Shown here: positions 10,552 to 22,300 of the stretch, piece after piece
How the letters are laid out: each line of letters starts with the position of its first letter
Numbering within the stretch: the stretch's first letter is position 1
Source of the DNA: Candidatus Thorarchaeota archaeon
GTDB taxonomy: Archaea; Asgardarchaeota; Thorarchaeia; Thorarchaeales; Thorarchaeaceae
Direction of reading: 5' to 3'
NCBI GenBank assembly: GCA_016840855.1
Contig: JAEORO010000069.1
Location: 74,952-138,951, forward strand
Length of the DNA: 64,000 bases
Notes under the pieces: model-generated
Seen by the model: the letters and a program-made list of their open reading frames with translations, nothing else
What the model was told of the DNA's origin: nothing
The model's database searches: none
Made by a program: the position numbers and the translations under genes

Positions 10552-11588
10552 CTGAATAAATCATGAAATCGAGAGAGATACTCTTTCTGTTCCTTATTGA
10601 TTTTCTGAGGAATGTGAATGTTCACTCTAACAAGCTGATCTCCACTCCGACCATCCTCGGTATGGACACCTTTGCCCTTCATGCGGAAGAGGGTTCCGCC
10701 TCCAGTACCTTGTTTTACTTTAATCATACTATTTCCCCACATTGTTGGTACTTCAACATCTCCGCCTAAAACTGCTACTGAGAAGGGGATGTCAGTTTCA
10801 AGGTAGACATGAAGACCTCTTCTTACAAAGAGCTTGTGGGTTTCCACTGAGAACATAAGAATGAGATCTCCTGGAGGACCACCTCGAGCACCAAAATTAC
10901 CTCCACCTTGGATGCGTATCCCCTGTCCATCTTCTATTCCAGGAGGTATAGGAACTGTGGTTTCTTTCCGTTCATCTTGCAGTCCCGCCCCCTTGCATTT
11001 GGGGCATGGCGTATCAATTGATTCTCCAAGTCCATGACAGGTTGGACATGTCTGCGCAACACTCATGAACCCACCCATTGACCTCACAACTTGCCCCTGA
11101 CCATTGCAGGTCCTGCACGTTATAGGCGCAGTACCGGGTTTGGCTCCACTTCCGCCACAATTCTCACAACTGACCTTTCTTTTGAAAGCAATCTCCTTTT
11201 CAGTCCCAAAGAATGCTTCATCAAAACTTAATTTGATTGTCATTCGTAACGTTTGACCAGGAGATGGACCCGCTCTTCCTCTTCGTCCAAAGCCGATATC
11301 GCCAAACCCTCCAAATCCACGAAATAGAGAACTAAAGATATCTCCAAACCCATCCATGTTAATACCTTGAAAATCTGCAGTACCGTAACGATCGTAGTTT
11401 GCACGTTTCTCAGAATCACTTAAGACATCGTAGGCTTCATTGATTCGTTTCAGTTTCTCCTCTGCGTTTTTGTCAGGATTGCGATCTGGATGATACTGTT
11501 TGGCTAGACGACGATATGCTTTCCTTATTTCATCCTGGGTTGCACTTCGATTTACACCCAGAATGTCATAATAATCATCTTCTGCCAT
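10548..11588 (-). CDS. dnaJ: Chaperone DnaJ
   Basis: J domain with HPD, G/F-rich region, four CxxCxGxG repeats and C-terminal domain. Adjacent to dnaK. Confidence 0.97.
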   Translation of the reverse strand: MAEDDYYDILGVNRSATQDEIRKAYRRLAKQYHPDRNPDKNAEEKLKRINEAYDVLSDSEKRANYDRYGTADFQGINMDGFGDIFSSLFRGFGGFGDIGFGRRGRAGPSPGQTLRMTIKLSFDEAFFGTEKEIAFKRKVSCENCGGSGAKPGTAPITCRTCNGQGQVVRSMGGFMSVAQTCPTCHGLGESIDTPCPKCKGAGLQDERKETTVPIPPGIEDGQGIRIQGGGNFGARGGPPGDLILMFSVETHKLFVRRGLHVYLETDIPFSVAVLGGDVEVPTMWGNSMIKVKQGTGGGTLFRMKGKGVHTEDGRSGDQLVRVNIHIPQKINKEQKEYLSRFHDLFS

Positions 11589-11611
11589 AGAGTATCACCC
11601 ATGATTTGGTA

Positions 11612-13501
11612 CTATTCTAAATCTTCAAAGTCAACATCCACAACATCTTCATCATCTTCTTTTGATGCTTGTCCAGATGTTGAATCAGTGGCTCCAGCAC
11701 TAGCCATCGTGCTTGGATCAAATCCCATGGTGCCGGGTCCTGCAGGTCCTGGTCCTGCACTTGCATATACCTTTTCAGAAATCTTGTAGATAATCTGCTG
11801 GAGTTCATTGGTGCCGGATTTCATTTTCTCAAGATTGTCAGACTCTATTGCTTTTTGCAACTCAGCTGCTTTAGTCTCAAATTCCTTCTTAAGATCCTTA
11901 GGTACTTTGTCACCTAAGTCCTTGAGAAGCTTCTGACCCTGATAGATCATTTGGTCAGCATCATTCCTAGTTTGAACAGCATCCTGACGCTTTGCATCGT
12001 CCTCAGCATATTTCTCTGCATCCTTAACCATTCGTTCCACATCTTGGTCCGAGAGATTGGTACTTGCAGTGATTGTAATAGATTGCTCATTTCCTGTTGC
12101 TGTGTCTTTAGCTTTGACGTTAGCTATTCCATTTGCATCGATATCAAATGTAACTTCAATCTGAGGTGTAGCTCGTGGAGCCGGAGGTATACCTACGAGC
12201 TGGAATCGTCCTAAGGTCATATTATCAGCAGCCATTTTTCGCTCACCCTGAACAACATGAATATCAACAGCTGTTTGACCATCAGCTGCAGTTGTGAACA
12301 TCTTGCTCTTTCTAGTTGGAATAGTTGTGTTCCGATCAATGAGAGGTGTAGCAATGCCTCCTAAAGTTTCGATGCTGAGTGTGAGTGGGGTCACATCCAG
12401 TAGCAGAATATCTTTGACAGATCCAGACAAAACTCCAGCTTGTGCGGCAGCCCCAAGAGCCACACACTCATCTGGATTGATGCTTTTGTCACCTTCTTTT
12501 CCAAACAGATCGCGAATGACATTCTGAATCATTGGCATACGTGTAGCTCCACCTACCAATAGAATCTTGTTGATTTGTTCAGGTTCGAGTTTTGCATCTC
12601 CGAGAGCTTGCCGTATTGGACCAATAGTGGCGTCAACCAAATCATCTGTCATTTTTTCAAATTGCGAACGGGTTATATCTAAATTGAGGTGTTTGGCACC
12701 ACTTGCATCTGCTGTGATATATGGCAGATTAATGTTTGTCTTCATCACAGTTGAGAGTTCAATCTTTGCTTGTTCAGCAGCATCACGAACTCTTTGCATT
12801 GCTGAGAGATCTTTGGATAAATCAACACCAGTTTGATTCGTGAACTCATCAACCATCCAATTGATTATTCGATTGTCCCAATCATCTCCTCCAAGTTGTG
12901 TATTTCCACTTGTTGAAAGAACTTCATATACAACCTCGCCTTCAACTGCGCCGATGTCCAAGATTGAAACATCAAATGTACCTCCTCCTAGGTCATAGAC
13001 TAGGACTTTTACCTCCTTGCTTTTATCAAGACCATAGGCCAACGCGGAGGCTGTAGGTTCATTCACAATCCGTTCAACTTCAAATCCAGCTATTTTTCCA
13101 GCGTCTTTTGTGGCTTGTCTTTGACTATCATTGAAATAAGCAGGTACGGTGATCACAGCTTTTTGTATTGACTCACCAAGAAATGCTTCAGCATCGTTCT
13201 TCATCTTTTTCAAGATCATAGCTGAGATTTCCTGAGGAGTATATTCTTTATCACCAATCTTAACCGTGTAATCCTGCCCCATCTTCCGTTTTATTGATCG
13301 AACAGTGCGGTCAGGCATTGATACTGCCTGTCGCTTTGCCAGCTCTCCAACGATGATTTCACCATTTGGAGTAATTCCAACGACTGATGGAGTCAAACGC
13401 TTCCCTTCAGCATTTGGGATTATAGTTGGTTTTCCACCTTCCATATAGGCAATACCACTATTCGTTGTCCCCAAATCTATTCCAACAATTTTACCAGCCA
13501 T
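11612..13501 (-). CDS. dnaK: Chaperone DnaK (Hsp70)
   Basis: [38 protein letters not shown] and [11 protein letters not shown]. Confidence 0.99.
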   Translation of the reverse strand: MAGKIVGIDLGTTNSGIAYMEGGKPTIIPNAEGKRLTPSVVGITPNGEIIVGELAKRQAVSMPDRTVRSIKRKMGQDYTVKIGDKEYTPQEISAMILKKMKNDAEAFLGESIQKAVITVPAYFNDSQRQATKDAGKIAGFEVERIVNEPTASALAYGLDKSKEVKVLVYDLGGGTFDVSILDIGAVEGEVVYEVLSTSGNTQLGGDDWDNRIINWMVDEFTNQTGVDLSKDLSAMQRVRDAAEQAKIELSTVMKTNINLPYITADASGAKHLNLDITRSQFEKMTDDLVDATIGPIRQALGDAKLEPEQINKILLVGGATRMPMIQNVIRDLFGKEGDKSINPDECVALGAAAQAGVLSGSVKDILLLDVTPLTLSIETLGGIATPLIDRNTTIPTRKSKMFTTAADGQTAVDIHVVQGERKMAADNMTLGRFQLVGIPPAPRATPQIEVTFDIDANGIANVKAKDTATGNEQSITITASTNLSDQDVERMVKDAEKYAEDDAKRQDAVQTRNDADQMIYQGQKLLKDLGDKVPKDLKKEFETKAAELQKAIESDNLEKMKSGTNELQQIIYKISEKVYASAGPGPAGPGTMGFDPSTMASAGATDSTSGQASKEDDEDVVDVDFEDLE

Positions 13502-13503
13502 TT

Positions 13504-14115
13504 CTATTCACCACTTTTTTCATCATCTAAATTTTCTTCAGCACTTATTTTGACAGCAGGGACATCATGACGATTCACACAGACAACAGCAGGACGCAAA
13601 ACTTTCTCTTTTAACATGTATCCTCTCTGATATTCCTTGAGAATTATTCCATCCGGTTTCTCTGGATCGTTCATCCTTTGTACAGCATGCTGATAATAAG
13701 GATCGAACTCTTTCCCAATAGAGTCTATAGGACGTACTCCTTCCATTGATAAGACCTTGCTAATCTGCTGTTCAATTGCACTTATTCCAGTCCTTGCTGC
13801 GTGTGGATCATTCGCGAAATCTAACTCAAGTGCTCGCAGAATGTTATCATAAATACCAAGAACTTTCAAGAGGATCTCTTCACTTGCAAACTTGGCTGCT
13901 TCCGAAAATCGTGCATCCATTCGCTTCCTATAGTTATCGAATTCTGCTTGTAGTCTCTGAAGTCTATCAAGAAGATCACTCGATTTTTCACACTCTTCAT
14001 CAATCTGTGAGAGAAGAGGGTCTTCGGGAGAAAGTTCAATGGTGTCATTATTTTCTAGATCATCGTCAGATAAATCCAATTCAATCTCATGATCTTTCTC
14101 GTTATTATCCTTCAT
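13504..14115 (-). CDS. grpE: Nucleotide exchange factor GrpE
   Basis: [21 protein letters not shown] and [16 protein letters not shown]. First gene of grpE-dnaK-dnaJ. ATG 14115 preferred over 14163. Confidence 0.95.
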   Translation of the reverse strand: MKDNNEKDHEIELDLSDDDLENNDTIELSPEDPLLSQIDEECEKSSDLLDRLQRLQAEFDNYRKRMDARFSEAAKFASEEILLKVLGIYDNILRALELDFANDPHAARTGISAIEQQISKVLSMEGVRPIDSIGKEFDPYYQHAVQRMNDPEKPDGIILKEYQRGYMLKEKVLRPAVVCVNRHDVPAVKISAEENLDDEKSGE

Positions 14116-14319
14116 TCTACAGTCACACTGCCTAGTCCTAGTTTGCACTGACTGACAAATCATGCAGAAAGGGATCGTAATTGAGGGACTGATTCGATGT
14201 TTCAGCTCCCCTTGGTGACTTGGACCATTCCGTATCTAAATAAAGAAAAACCTTTCGACATGGTAAAATTTGAAATAACCGAAAACAAAATCAAGGGGAT
14301 TTTCTCGATTTCAAACAAC

Positions 14320-15066
14320 ATGCTAGACCCTGAGGATTTGAAACACGCAAAGCAACTAATAGCTAAGAGCACGAGAATAATCGCTTTCACAGGGGCAGGT
14401 ATTAGTGTTGACTCAGGCATTCCGGATTTCCGATCTGAGGGAGGTCTTTGGGAACGATATGACCCTCATGAGTATGCAACTATTGAAAGCTTCATGCAAA
14501 ACCCTACGAAATTTTGGACAATGGGTCGGGAACTGGTTGAAACGATACTCAAAGCTAAACCTAATGCAGCCCACAAAGCTCTCGCCAAGCTTGAAGCGGA
14601 AGGGAAACTAATTGGTGTGATAACTCAGAACATCGATAATTTACACCAAGCAGCTGGAAATAGAAATGTTGTTGAGCTACACGGGAATTATCTCCGCGCA
14701 TACTGCATTGAATGTAATGCAGAATATGTAGGTGAAACAATACACCAGAGTGTTGCAAATGGTGAAATTCCACCTAGATGCGAAAAGTGTGCCGGAGTTC
14801 TAAAATCAGAGGCCATCTTATTTGGAGAACCGTTGCCAGAGATACCAATGTCAAAAGCCATTGAGATGTGTCGTGATACTGACCTAATGCTTGTCATTGG
14901 GACAAGTCTCTCTGTGTATCCTGCAGCTTTTTTGCCCCAGCTCGCCAAGAACTCAGGTGCGAAGATCATTCTAGTAAATCTCGAAGGATTGAACCGTGAT
15001 TCTGTAGCTGATATTGTCTTGAGAGGACGTGCATCAGATATTATACCTAAAATAGTAGATCACTAG
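14320..15066 (+). CDS. cobB: NAD-dependent protein deacylase (Sir2 family)
   Basis: TGAGISVDSGIPDFR, TQNIDNLHQ, ELHG, Zn CxxC..CxxC and GTSLSVYPAA. ATG 14320 preferred over 14197. Confidence 0.93.
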   Translation: MLDPEDLKHAKQLIAKSTRIIAFTGAGISVDSGIPDFRSEGGLWERYDPHEYATIESFMQNPTKFWTMGRELVETILKAKPNAAHKALAKLEAEGKLIGVITQNIDNLHQAAGNRNVVELHGNYLRAYCIECNAEYVGETIHQSVANGEIPPRCEKCAGVLKSEAILFGEPLPEIPMSKAIEMCRDTDLMLVIGTSLSVYPAAFLPQLAKNSGAKIILVNLEGLNRDSVADIVLRGRASDIIPKIVDH

Positions 15067-15398
15067 GAAAGCAATGTATAAGCAAACCAAGAATAGACTC
15101 CAAGCACTCCTGGTATGACTATGACTGACAGGAAGATCGTAATAACTCCAAGGATGTATTGATTGTTGTCCATCATCCATAAACCCAGATACGAGAAAGC
15201 ATAGGATATGACACATGTTGTGAATCCCAATAGAATGACAGGGAGAAGAGGTACCGCAATTGCGAGGTATCCTCCTGCTTGCGACCAAAGAACACCTCCG
15301 ATTCTCAAAATAACAAAAAAACCTCTAACAGCTAGATACACGATAACTGACACAAAAATACCAACATGAGAAAACTGTAAGCGTGCAGGAACGTACAT
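15063..15398 (-). CDS. Small integral membrane protein, unknown function
   Basis: 111-aa ORF with about 3 hydrophobic helices, filling the gap between cobB and citG. Confidence 0.55.
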   Translation of the reverse strand: MYVPARLQFSHVGIFVSVIVYLAVRGFFVILRIGGVLWSQAGGYLAIAVPLLPVILLGFTTCVISYAFSYLGLWMMDNNQYILGVITIFLSVIVIPGVLGVYSWFAYTLLS

Positions 15399-15460
15399 AT
15401 TCGATTCGGCGCACTATTGTTATTAGTTCCTTTTTACGCTTTCTAAATCGGATAAAGCGA

Positions 15461-16474
15461 ATGTCTAAATCGGAACAAGGAATTCGTGAAAACCTAATGA
15501 TAGATACGTCTTGGAAACTCGCAAGCATTGGGCAACTATCTATTCTTCTCGAGGCAAGTTCGCCAAAACCCGGAAACGTGAATAGACAATTCGGATTCTC
15601 AGATACAGATTATAGGCACTTCCTTGCAAGTGCCTCACTAATGGGAAGAGGTCTTCACCTTAGTGCCTCCAGAGGAGAAGCGCTAGCTGGTGGACAGTTG
15701 AATCCATCCAAACTTAGAATCGGAGAATTAATTCATCTCAGTACCTTGGACACATTTACAGGTATTAACAAAAGGAATACAATACTTGGCACAATTCTTC
15801 TCTACGTTCCACTCATCATAGCAACAAGTGCATCAATCACAGAAAATGGATGTTTTTCAATACAGGATTTACAAAACTGGTTGAGGAGGATTACAGAGAA
15901 TACATCAGTAGAGGACACACGGAATCTATACAAAGCATTCCATCTAGTAAGATCAACAAATCCCAGAGCTGAAAGCTCAGCAAGTTGGACAGAAACTCAT
16001 AGCAGGTATGATATCGATAATCCTCGTGTATTAGCGAATATTATTGAAGATGAGCTGACTCTTTATGAGCTTTTCAAGCTATCAGCGGAAGTTGATGAGA
16101 TTAGTAGTGAATGGGCTAATAATTTCGATTTGACTATCACCAAAGTTTTTCCATATCTCGATAATATAACTGATAATCTTGAGAACTTGGAGGAGGGAAT
16201 TGTACAAACATTTGTTTGGTTACTTTCATTACGACCTGATGGGCTCATTGTGAAAAAAGCAGGCATTAAGCGAGCTGAGAATGTCAGGAAATTAGCTGAA
16301 AGGACAATGAATGCCTGGAATCATGATACTGGCTCACTTGAGTTAATGAAGAAGTTGGATGATGAGTTGCGTAGAGAGGGAAATGTTTTGAATCCAGGAA
16401 CAACAGCGGATCTTGTATCAGCAGGTATCTTCTGCAAACTTGTTGCACTTGATTTTTCGCGAGAACTACCCTAG
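15461..16474 (+). CDS. citG: Triphosphoribosyl-dephospho-CoA synthase (CitG family)
   Basis: LEASSPKPGNV, NTILG and C-terminal LNPGTTADLV. Start uncertain (15383/15461/15497). Confidence 0.85.
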   Translation: MSKSEQGIRENLMIDTSWKLASIGQLSILLEASSPKPGNVNRQFGFSDTDYRHFLASASLMGRGLHLSASRGEALAGGQLNPSKLRIGELIHLSTLDTFTGINKRNTILGTILLYVPLIIATSASITENGCFSIQDLQNWLRRITENTSVEDTRNLYKAFHLVRSTNPRAESSASWTETHSRYDIDNPRVLANIIEDELTLYELFKLSAEVDEISSEWANNFDLTITKVFPYLDNITDNLENLEEGIVQTFVWLLSLRPDGLIVKKAGIKRAENVRKLAERTMNAWNHDTGSLELMKKLDDELRREGNVLNPGTTADLVSAGIFCKLVALDFSRELP

Positions 16475-16651
16475 AATCCCACTATAAACGACTACTGCAA
16501 TAATGAATAGTATAGCAGCAGATGGGATAAGCATCATCATACCTTCTTGTCGTTTCCGTAACCGAACTTCATTTCTTGGACCAAAATAATATGCCAAAAG
16601 AAGAAACACTCCAAGAATAATCAAGAAAGCCGCAAGTCCTTCATGAGCCAT
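16466..16651 (-). CDS. Small two-TM membrane protein
   Basis: 61 aa, two hydrophobic helices separated by a basic loop (RLRKRQE). ATG start. Confidence 0.65.
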   Translation of the reverse strand: MAHEGLAAFLIILGVFLLLAYYFGPRNEVRLRKRQEGMMMLIPSAAILFIIAVVVYSGILG

Positions 16652-16784
16652 AAAATATCGCCTGCCAGGGTCATTTCATTTCTTGTTATTAACATAATCA
16701 TATTATTTCCTATCAGGATTTAAAGGTGGAATAGCTCGTTCAATAAATAGATAGCACAAGGAAAATTCATGTGTTGAAAATATT

Positions 16785-17051
16785 TTACACAAGAACTTGT
16801 CTGAAAACATGTTCAAACTTCATGCGTAATTCTCGAGCTCGTTCTACATCAGCGGCATATAATGGCTGACGCATATCAGTAAGATTTGGTATTTTCTTGC
16901 ATAGCTTTTGACCCATTAGTTTTCTTAAAGCAAAACTAACAGTTCTTGGTGCAAGGTCAACTCTACTGCTGATATCTTTAGGAGTCATAGGACCTTCGGT
17001 AGTCAATCTGTCCAAAACAATTATTGCACTGCGGGGTAGCTCAATGGACAT
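16785..17051 (-). CDS. Winged-helix (MarR-like) DNA-binding protein, paralogue 1
   Basis: EGPMTPKDIS..VDLAPRTVSFALRKL...PNLTDMRQPLY. Start at ATG 17051 by alignment with its neighbour. Confidence 0.8.
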   Translation of the reverse strand: MSIELPRSAIIVLDRLTTEGPMTPKDISSRVDLAPRTVSFALRKLMGQKLCKKIPNLTDMRQPLYAADVERARELRMKFEHVFRQVLV

Positions 17052-17200
17052 GGAATCTGTACCATCCCGTATTTTGTGGTCCTTTCTGTTCCCACATAAT
17101 ATTTGCACGGAGTAATTAATAAAGAAACGCTTTACAGCAGTTTTATCAAATTGGAATAGCTACTCAAAAATGAGATGCCTAAATTACTCATTTTCATGTA

Positions 17201-17509
17201 CTAGTGAGTGAAAGAGTGACCAGATGGCCTAAAGGAAGATGATATTTGTGAGATCAGACCTGAGTCAAACCGAAGCTGGAGTTCTTTGACTCGATCCATA
17301 TTGATATGATAGATTGGTTGACGCATGTCTGCCAGATTGGGTGTCTTTCGAATTACACGTTCACGAACGAGAGTTCTAAGTGCAAAAGAAATCGTGCGAG
17401 GCGCGAGCCCTACCTTTTCAATGATGGTCTTTGGAGTCATTGGTCCCTCGGCTGCAAGGCTGCCAAGGACTAAAATCGCACTGTTTGGAAGCTCCATAGA
17501 CATCTGCAA
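17201..17509 (-). CDS. Winged-helix (MarR-like) DNA-binding protein, paralogue 2
   Basis: EGPMTPKTII..VGLAPRTISFALRTL...PNLADMRQPIY, clearly paralogous to 16785-17051. Confidence 0.8.
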   Translation of the reverse strand: MQMSMELPNSAILVLGSLAAEGPMTPKTIIEKVGLAPRTISFALRTLVRERVIRKTPNLADMRQPIYHINMDRVKELQLRFDSGLISQISSSFRPSGHSFTH

Positions 17510-17627
17510 CTCACAATCCTACGGCATTGATAAATTCAAAATTTGAATATAAGCAGTCTGTTCTAAGCATGATTCAGTTACACATTCCTGTATAATAGGA
17601 TTCAAGAACTCCGAAAGTAAATCGAAA

Positions 17628-18620
17628 TTGAACATCATGGCGCACAAAGTGTTTGTTACTCGGAAAATTCCTCAAGAAGGCATCGACATGCTCACAAGCA
17701 AATTCGATGTCTCTATTTGGCAATCTGAATATCCTCCCACAAAAAATGAGATAATTGAAATGGCAGCAGACTGCCAGGGACTAATAACTCTCCTCTCAGA
17801 CCCTGTTGATTCGGAACTGATCGCAAAACTTCCTAATCTAAGAGTGATTGCACAGTACGCTGTTGGTTATGACAATATTGATGTGAAAGAAGCATCAAAG
17901 AGGGGAATCCTAATCACCAATACTCCAGGAGTCCTAACAGAAACTACAGCAGATTTGACTTGGGCATTAATATTAGCTACAGCAAGACGTATTGCTGAAG
18001 CCGACAGATATGTCAGGAATGGAAAATGGCATGTGGCATGGGGACCTCAATTGCTACTAGGAATTGATATTCACGGTGCGACTCTAGGCATAGTTGGCAT
18101 GGGGAGAATTGGGCAAGCTGTTGCAAGAAGGGCAAGAGGATTCGATATGAGAGTCCTCTATCACTCCCGAAGTCGCAATGATGATGTTGCTGCTATGGAG
18201 AACCAAATGAACCTCAAACCAGCCAAATTGGAAACTCTTCTTCGTGAATCCGATATTGTGAGTCTGCATGTTCCTCTTACCTCTGAAACCTACCATCTCA
18301 TTGGGAAGAAAGAGATAGAAATGATGAAACAAGGTGCCATATTAATCAACACCTCTAGAGGACAGGTTGTCAATCAAGAGGCATTAGTAGAAGCTCTTTC
18401 AACTGGAAAACTCGGAGGTGCAGGGATTGATGTATTTAGGGAAGAGCCAATTAAGGAGGATGATCCATTGTTAGATCTTGAAAATGTGGTCCTTGTCCCA
18501 CATATAGGAAGTGCCAGTAGAAAAACAAGGACAACAATGTCTGTAATGTGTGCAAGGAACGTTATTGCTGCTTTGAATAATGAGAAGCCGCCAAATATTG
18601 TAAACCCGGAGGTATTCTGA
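17628..18620 (+). CDS. gyaR: D-2-hydroxyacid dehydrogenase (glyoxylate reductase-like)
   Basis: AVGYDNID, NTPGVLTETTAD, GMGRIG, INTSRG, DVFREEP and PHIGSA. Confidence 0.88.
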   Translation: MNIMAHKVFVTRKIPQEGIDMLTSKFDVSIWQSEYPPTKNEIIEMAADCQGLITLLSDPVDSELIAKLPNLRVIAQYAVGYDNIDVKEASKRGILITNTPGVLTETTADLTWALILATARRIAEADRYVRNGKWHVAWGPQLLLGIDIHGATLGIVGMGRIGQAVARRARGFDMRVLYHSRSRNDDVAAMENQMNLKPAKLETLLRESDIVSLHVPLTSETYHLIGKKEIEMMKQGAILINTSRGQVVNQEALVEALSTGKLGGAGIDVFREEPIKEDDPLLDLENVVLVPHIGSASRKTRTTMSVMCARNVIAALNNEKPPNIVNPEVF

Positions 18621-19154
18621 TTGAGTATCGAGTGTATTAAAAAATTGATGTCACGACAATCAATTAGAAGATTTACAAGTGAACCTATTCCTGATTCAAC
18701 AATAGAAGAACTAGTAAGTATAGGAACTAGGGCACCGAGTGCAGGGAATCGTCAGCCATGGAGGATTATTATTGTAACAAATAAGGATTTGAGGAAACAT
18801 CTTGCAAATGATGCATTTAACCAAGATTTCATTGCTGGTGCACCGGTCATCTTTGTCATATGTGCAGTCCCCGAAGAGTCAGCTGAAAGATATCATGATC
18901 GTGGAAGAACCCTCTATGTCTATCAAGATACAGCAGCTCTCACTTTGAACATTCTATATGGCGCACATTTTCATGGGTATGGAGCGTGCTGGATAGGAGC
19001 GTTTGACGAGGATGCAGTTTCAAAAACTCTCAAAATACCATTCAACATGCGACCTGTTTCGATGATACCAGTGGGCAAAATTGATGGAGCTTGTCCACCT
19101 CTGCGACAAAGAAGAAAATCCTCTGAGATTATTATACAGGAGAGTTTTCCCTAA
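18621..19154 (+). CDS. Nitroreductase family protein
   Basis: RQSIRRF, APSAGNRQPW and GYGACWIGAF. Confidence 0.9.
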   Translation: MSIECIKKLMSRQSIRRFTSEPIPDSTIEELVSIGTRAPSAGNRQPWRIIIVTNKDLRKHLANDAFNQDFIAGAPVIFVICAVPEESAERYHDRGRTLYVYQDTAALTLNILYGAHFHGYGACWIGAFDEDAVSKTLKIPFNMRPVSMIPVGKIDGACPPLRQRRKSSEIIIQESFP

Positions 19155-19244
19155 CCAAATTTAGTTTTAATTTGTTGAATTATGAAGTGACAAATGGAAC
19201 TTCAGATTGGCTTGGGGTAGGTCCTGACGAGCTTCACTATTTGA

Positions 19245-19282
19245 AACAAGAAAAAGAAGGGGGATGGGGGCAAAGCCCCCAT
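19245..19282 (-). terminator. Intrinsic terminator-like hairpin after the 1610-aa subtilase gene
   Basis: atgggggc-aaa-gcccccat (19264-19282), followed on the minus strand by ccccttctttttcttgttt. Confidence 0.65.
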
Positions 19283-19313
19283 GTTCCGTTAAACTATACT
19301 TCCTCTGTAGCTA

Positions 19314-22300
19314 CTACTTCTTCCTAATTAGGAAGAGTATCAACAGCACAACAACACCAACACCGATTCCACCAATCAATCCAATAAGGAGTGGATCAAA
19401 AATCACCTCACCTGTTGTAGGTGTGGTTGGTGGGGTGGATGTAGTGGGTGGCGGTGTTGTGACTGGCACATTACCTGCAGAGAATGGACCACTGATTGAG
19501 TCTACGTATAGAGCCATTGGACCGTATGAGTCTGGTGGACTCTCAGCAGTACCGAGTGGTTCGCCGTCAACTATGATTCCAAGGTCAACGCTGTATACTC
19601 GTACTCTATAGTAGTAGTCGCCTTCAAGCCATCCATCCGAATCCCAGACAAAGAACGTTTCAGTCAAGTTCTGCCCTAAGAGCTGGTATGTATCGCCTCC
19701 ATCTGAGCTAAGCCAGACCATGTAGAAGATGGAATCATCCTCGTTTCGGTCTGTCGCTGAGAATGTGAAGTTATAGCGATCATCACCAAGATCGATAGCA
19801 TCATTGATTGTTAGTTTCGGTCCGAAGAAGTTACGGAAGGTGACTTTTCCAAAGTCAATGAGCCAGACGACATCAGTTTCAGTCCAGCAGTACAGGTAGA
19901 TGTCCATAGTCTTGTTGACTAGTATGTTATAGGTGTCATATGTGACAAGATCTGTAGCACTTGGCAAGTCAATTGAAACCCTTGTGTCAACTTCAAGCAT
20001 GTAGCTCTGATGGTTGTATGCCCAAGCCCAGCAGAACACACGGATGGCAATGTACATGTCAGCAGGAGAAATGTATGTACCAGTTTCAGCTGCTCCACCG
20101 CCTCCGTTGTCCACAGACAGGAGCGCAGCTCCAGTGTTATCTGGAACCTCATTAAGCTCTACAAGCCCGTTAGAATTGAGATCATTCCATTCATAGACAT
20201 CGAATGATGGGTCTGCACTGCCTTGTGCATCTAAGGTCACGACGACTGTGTCACCTGCAGATATGGGACCGACAGTTTGCCAGATGTAGATATCAGTGCT
20301 GGTCAATGGAACTGGCCAGGTATCAGCACCTTGGGGATCTGCATATGTACCTGTTGGATGTGCATAAAGACCACTCAAGAGACTCAGTTGTGTACCAGTA
20401 ATGACTGAGTATTCCGGAAGTCCAGCCACATCTGGAATGGTCCAATTGGTTGTCACGACAATATGGTCTCCAATCAACACATCATCCTCGGAGATGCTTG
20501 TTGGGGTTGTCATATCTTTAGCAGTCCACTTGAAATCGTTCTCAGCTTGCGTCAAGGCTGTTGGGCCATAGACCTGGAACGTAATTTTGATGGGTTCCGG
20601 TACATCCGCACCATCAAACACGTGGATGTTGTATTCAAACCAGTATGTACCATTTATCAGATAGCCAGGATCCCAAATAATGGTGTTAGTCAAATCACCT
20701 GTTGGTTGTGGGTCAAATGGACGACCACCATCATTTGTGCCTGTGATAGTAGCACCGAGTTCATCCCTTAGTTGCATGTCAACTACAGTTCCTTGGTTCA
20801 TCCACTCAGCTCTCATGACGAGAACTGATGCATTGATTGCATCGTTGTACGGAATATCGATGTGGAATATTGTGAAACCACCGCCCTCTTGAGTACTGTC
20901 TGTACCAGGAGTGAAGTGTGTTATCGCTGTTCCACTATCGTATGGGGTCACTTCGGGACCTGCTCCATCGACAAGGACCATTTCAGCACCCGCTGCACCA
21001 TCAAGAGGCATCTCGACAGTGTAGGAGTATGGTATCTCGTGAGTGAAGCCACCAGCCACAAATGTGATTGATCCCTGATGGAATCCGTACTCAGCATCTG
21101 CATCTACAGTGAGTGTTGCATTGACACCAGTTGTGCCATCGTCAGTAATAACGACATCAGTATCGGGTGTCTGTGCCCAGATCTGTATTGTCACATCTAC
21201 AGTCACTCCACTAGCACCAAACAGAATCAGTGTTGGGTTGTAACTGAAGAGATTTGACAATGCAACAGGATCAGCAACACGGAAGGTGAGCAGATTAGGT
21301 TCATCACAGCGCTGTACATAGACAAGATAGTCACCATCTGTACCGTTCCAGAAGTTCAATTCTGGTCCACCAGCTGTGTCACTCCAATCGAACAGACGAC
21401 CTGTAATGCCCATATCAGATGCATCAAATGCAACCTGGATAGTCGCGTATCTAGCAGCAAGGAAGGCAGTCTGTTCTGGACCAGTCATGTTGTCAAAGAG
21501 ATTGAAGTATCCAGACCTAATGACATTGGTAAGAGTGTCATTGTATGTGTAGCCAGTGAGTGAGAACTCAAGCTTGGAACCTTCAGTGTAGTACCACGGT
21601 TGTGGTGCTGAACTGAAACTAGCAGTGTTTGCGCCATTTCCAGCATAATCGTCTATGTTCAGAGTGATTGTCTTCACTTCTGATCGAGTGACTGTGCCAA
21701 AGAATATGTCGCTTGACTCTAGACCTACAGGATCAAACCAGTCCTCGTAGTAGATGTCATCAAATGGAGCCCAATAGGGTACCCAGTATGCCCATGACTC
21801 AGCAATCTGTTCAGCATAGCTTGCAAAGCTCTCTGATTCGAAGATGAATTCAGATGTGTATCCTTCTTGGATAGCCCTGCATGCAGCCTCAGCATTGATG
21901 AAGCCGTGGCCTTGTACAGCTGGGTCATAACCCATGTCATCAGCAGTTGATAAGAGAATGTCTTTTGTTAACTGCGGTGATGGCATTACAGCTCCGTGGT
22001 TGTCAGCCCAAGCTTCCATGATTAAGGCAGATACACCTGCTGCAAGTGGACAGGAAAGACTTGTTCCAGACCAAGAGAGGAATGTAGGACCAGCATCAAG
22101 CCAGTCATTCTCTGATGGTTCCGGATTATATCCGAAGAATCCAGGAGCCATTACATCAGGCTTCACGTAGCCAGTGTATGCTGGACCTGTAGCTGAGAAG
22201 AATGCTTGCTGATAGTTTGGTTGGTATGGATAGTAGGAGTTGACATAGTAATGGTTTGCCATGGTCGCACCAACGCTAATCACAGAGAATGTGCCGCCAG

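Noticed and set aside
14116-14319. CIRCE or other heat-shock operator upstream of grpE
   Set aside because: No CIRCE consensus. Only a weak 6-bp inverted repeat (cagtca/tgactg), which is not enough support.
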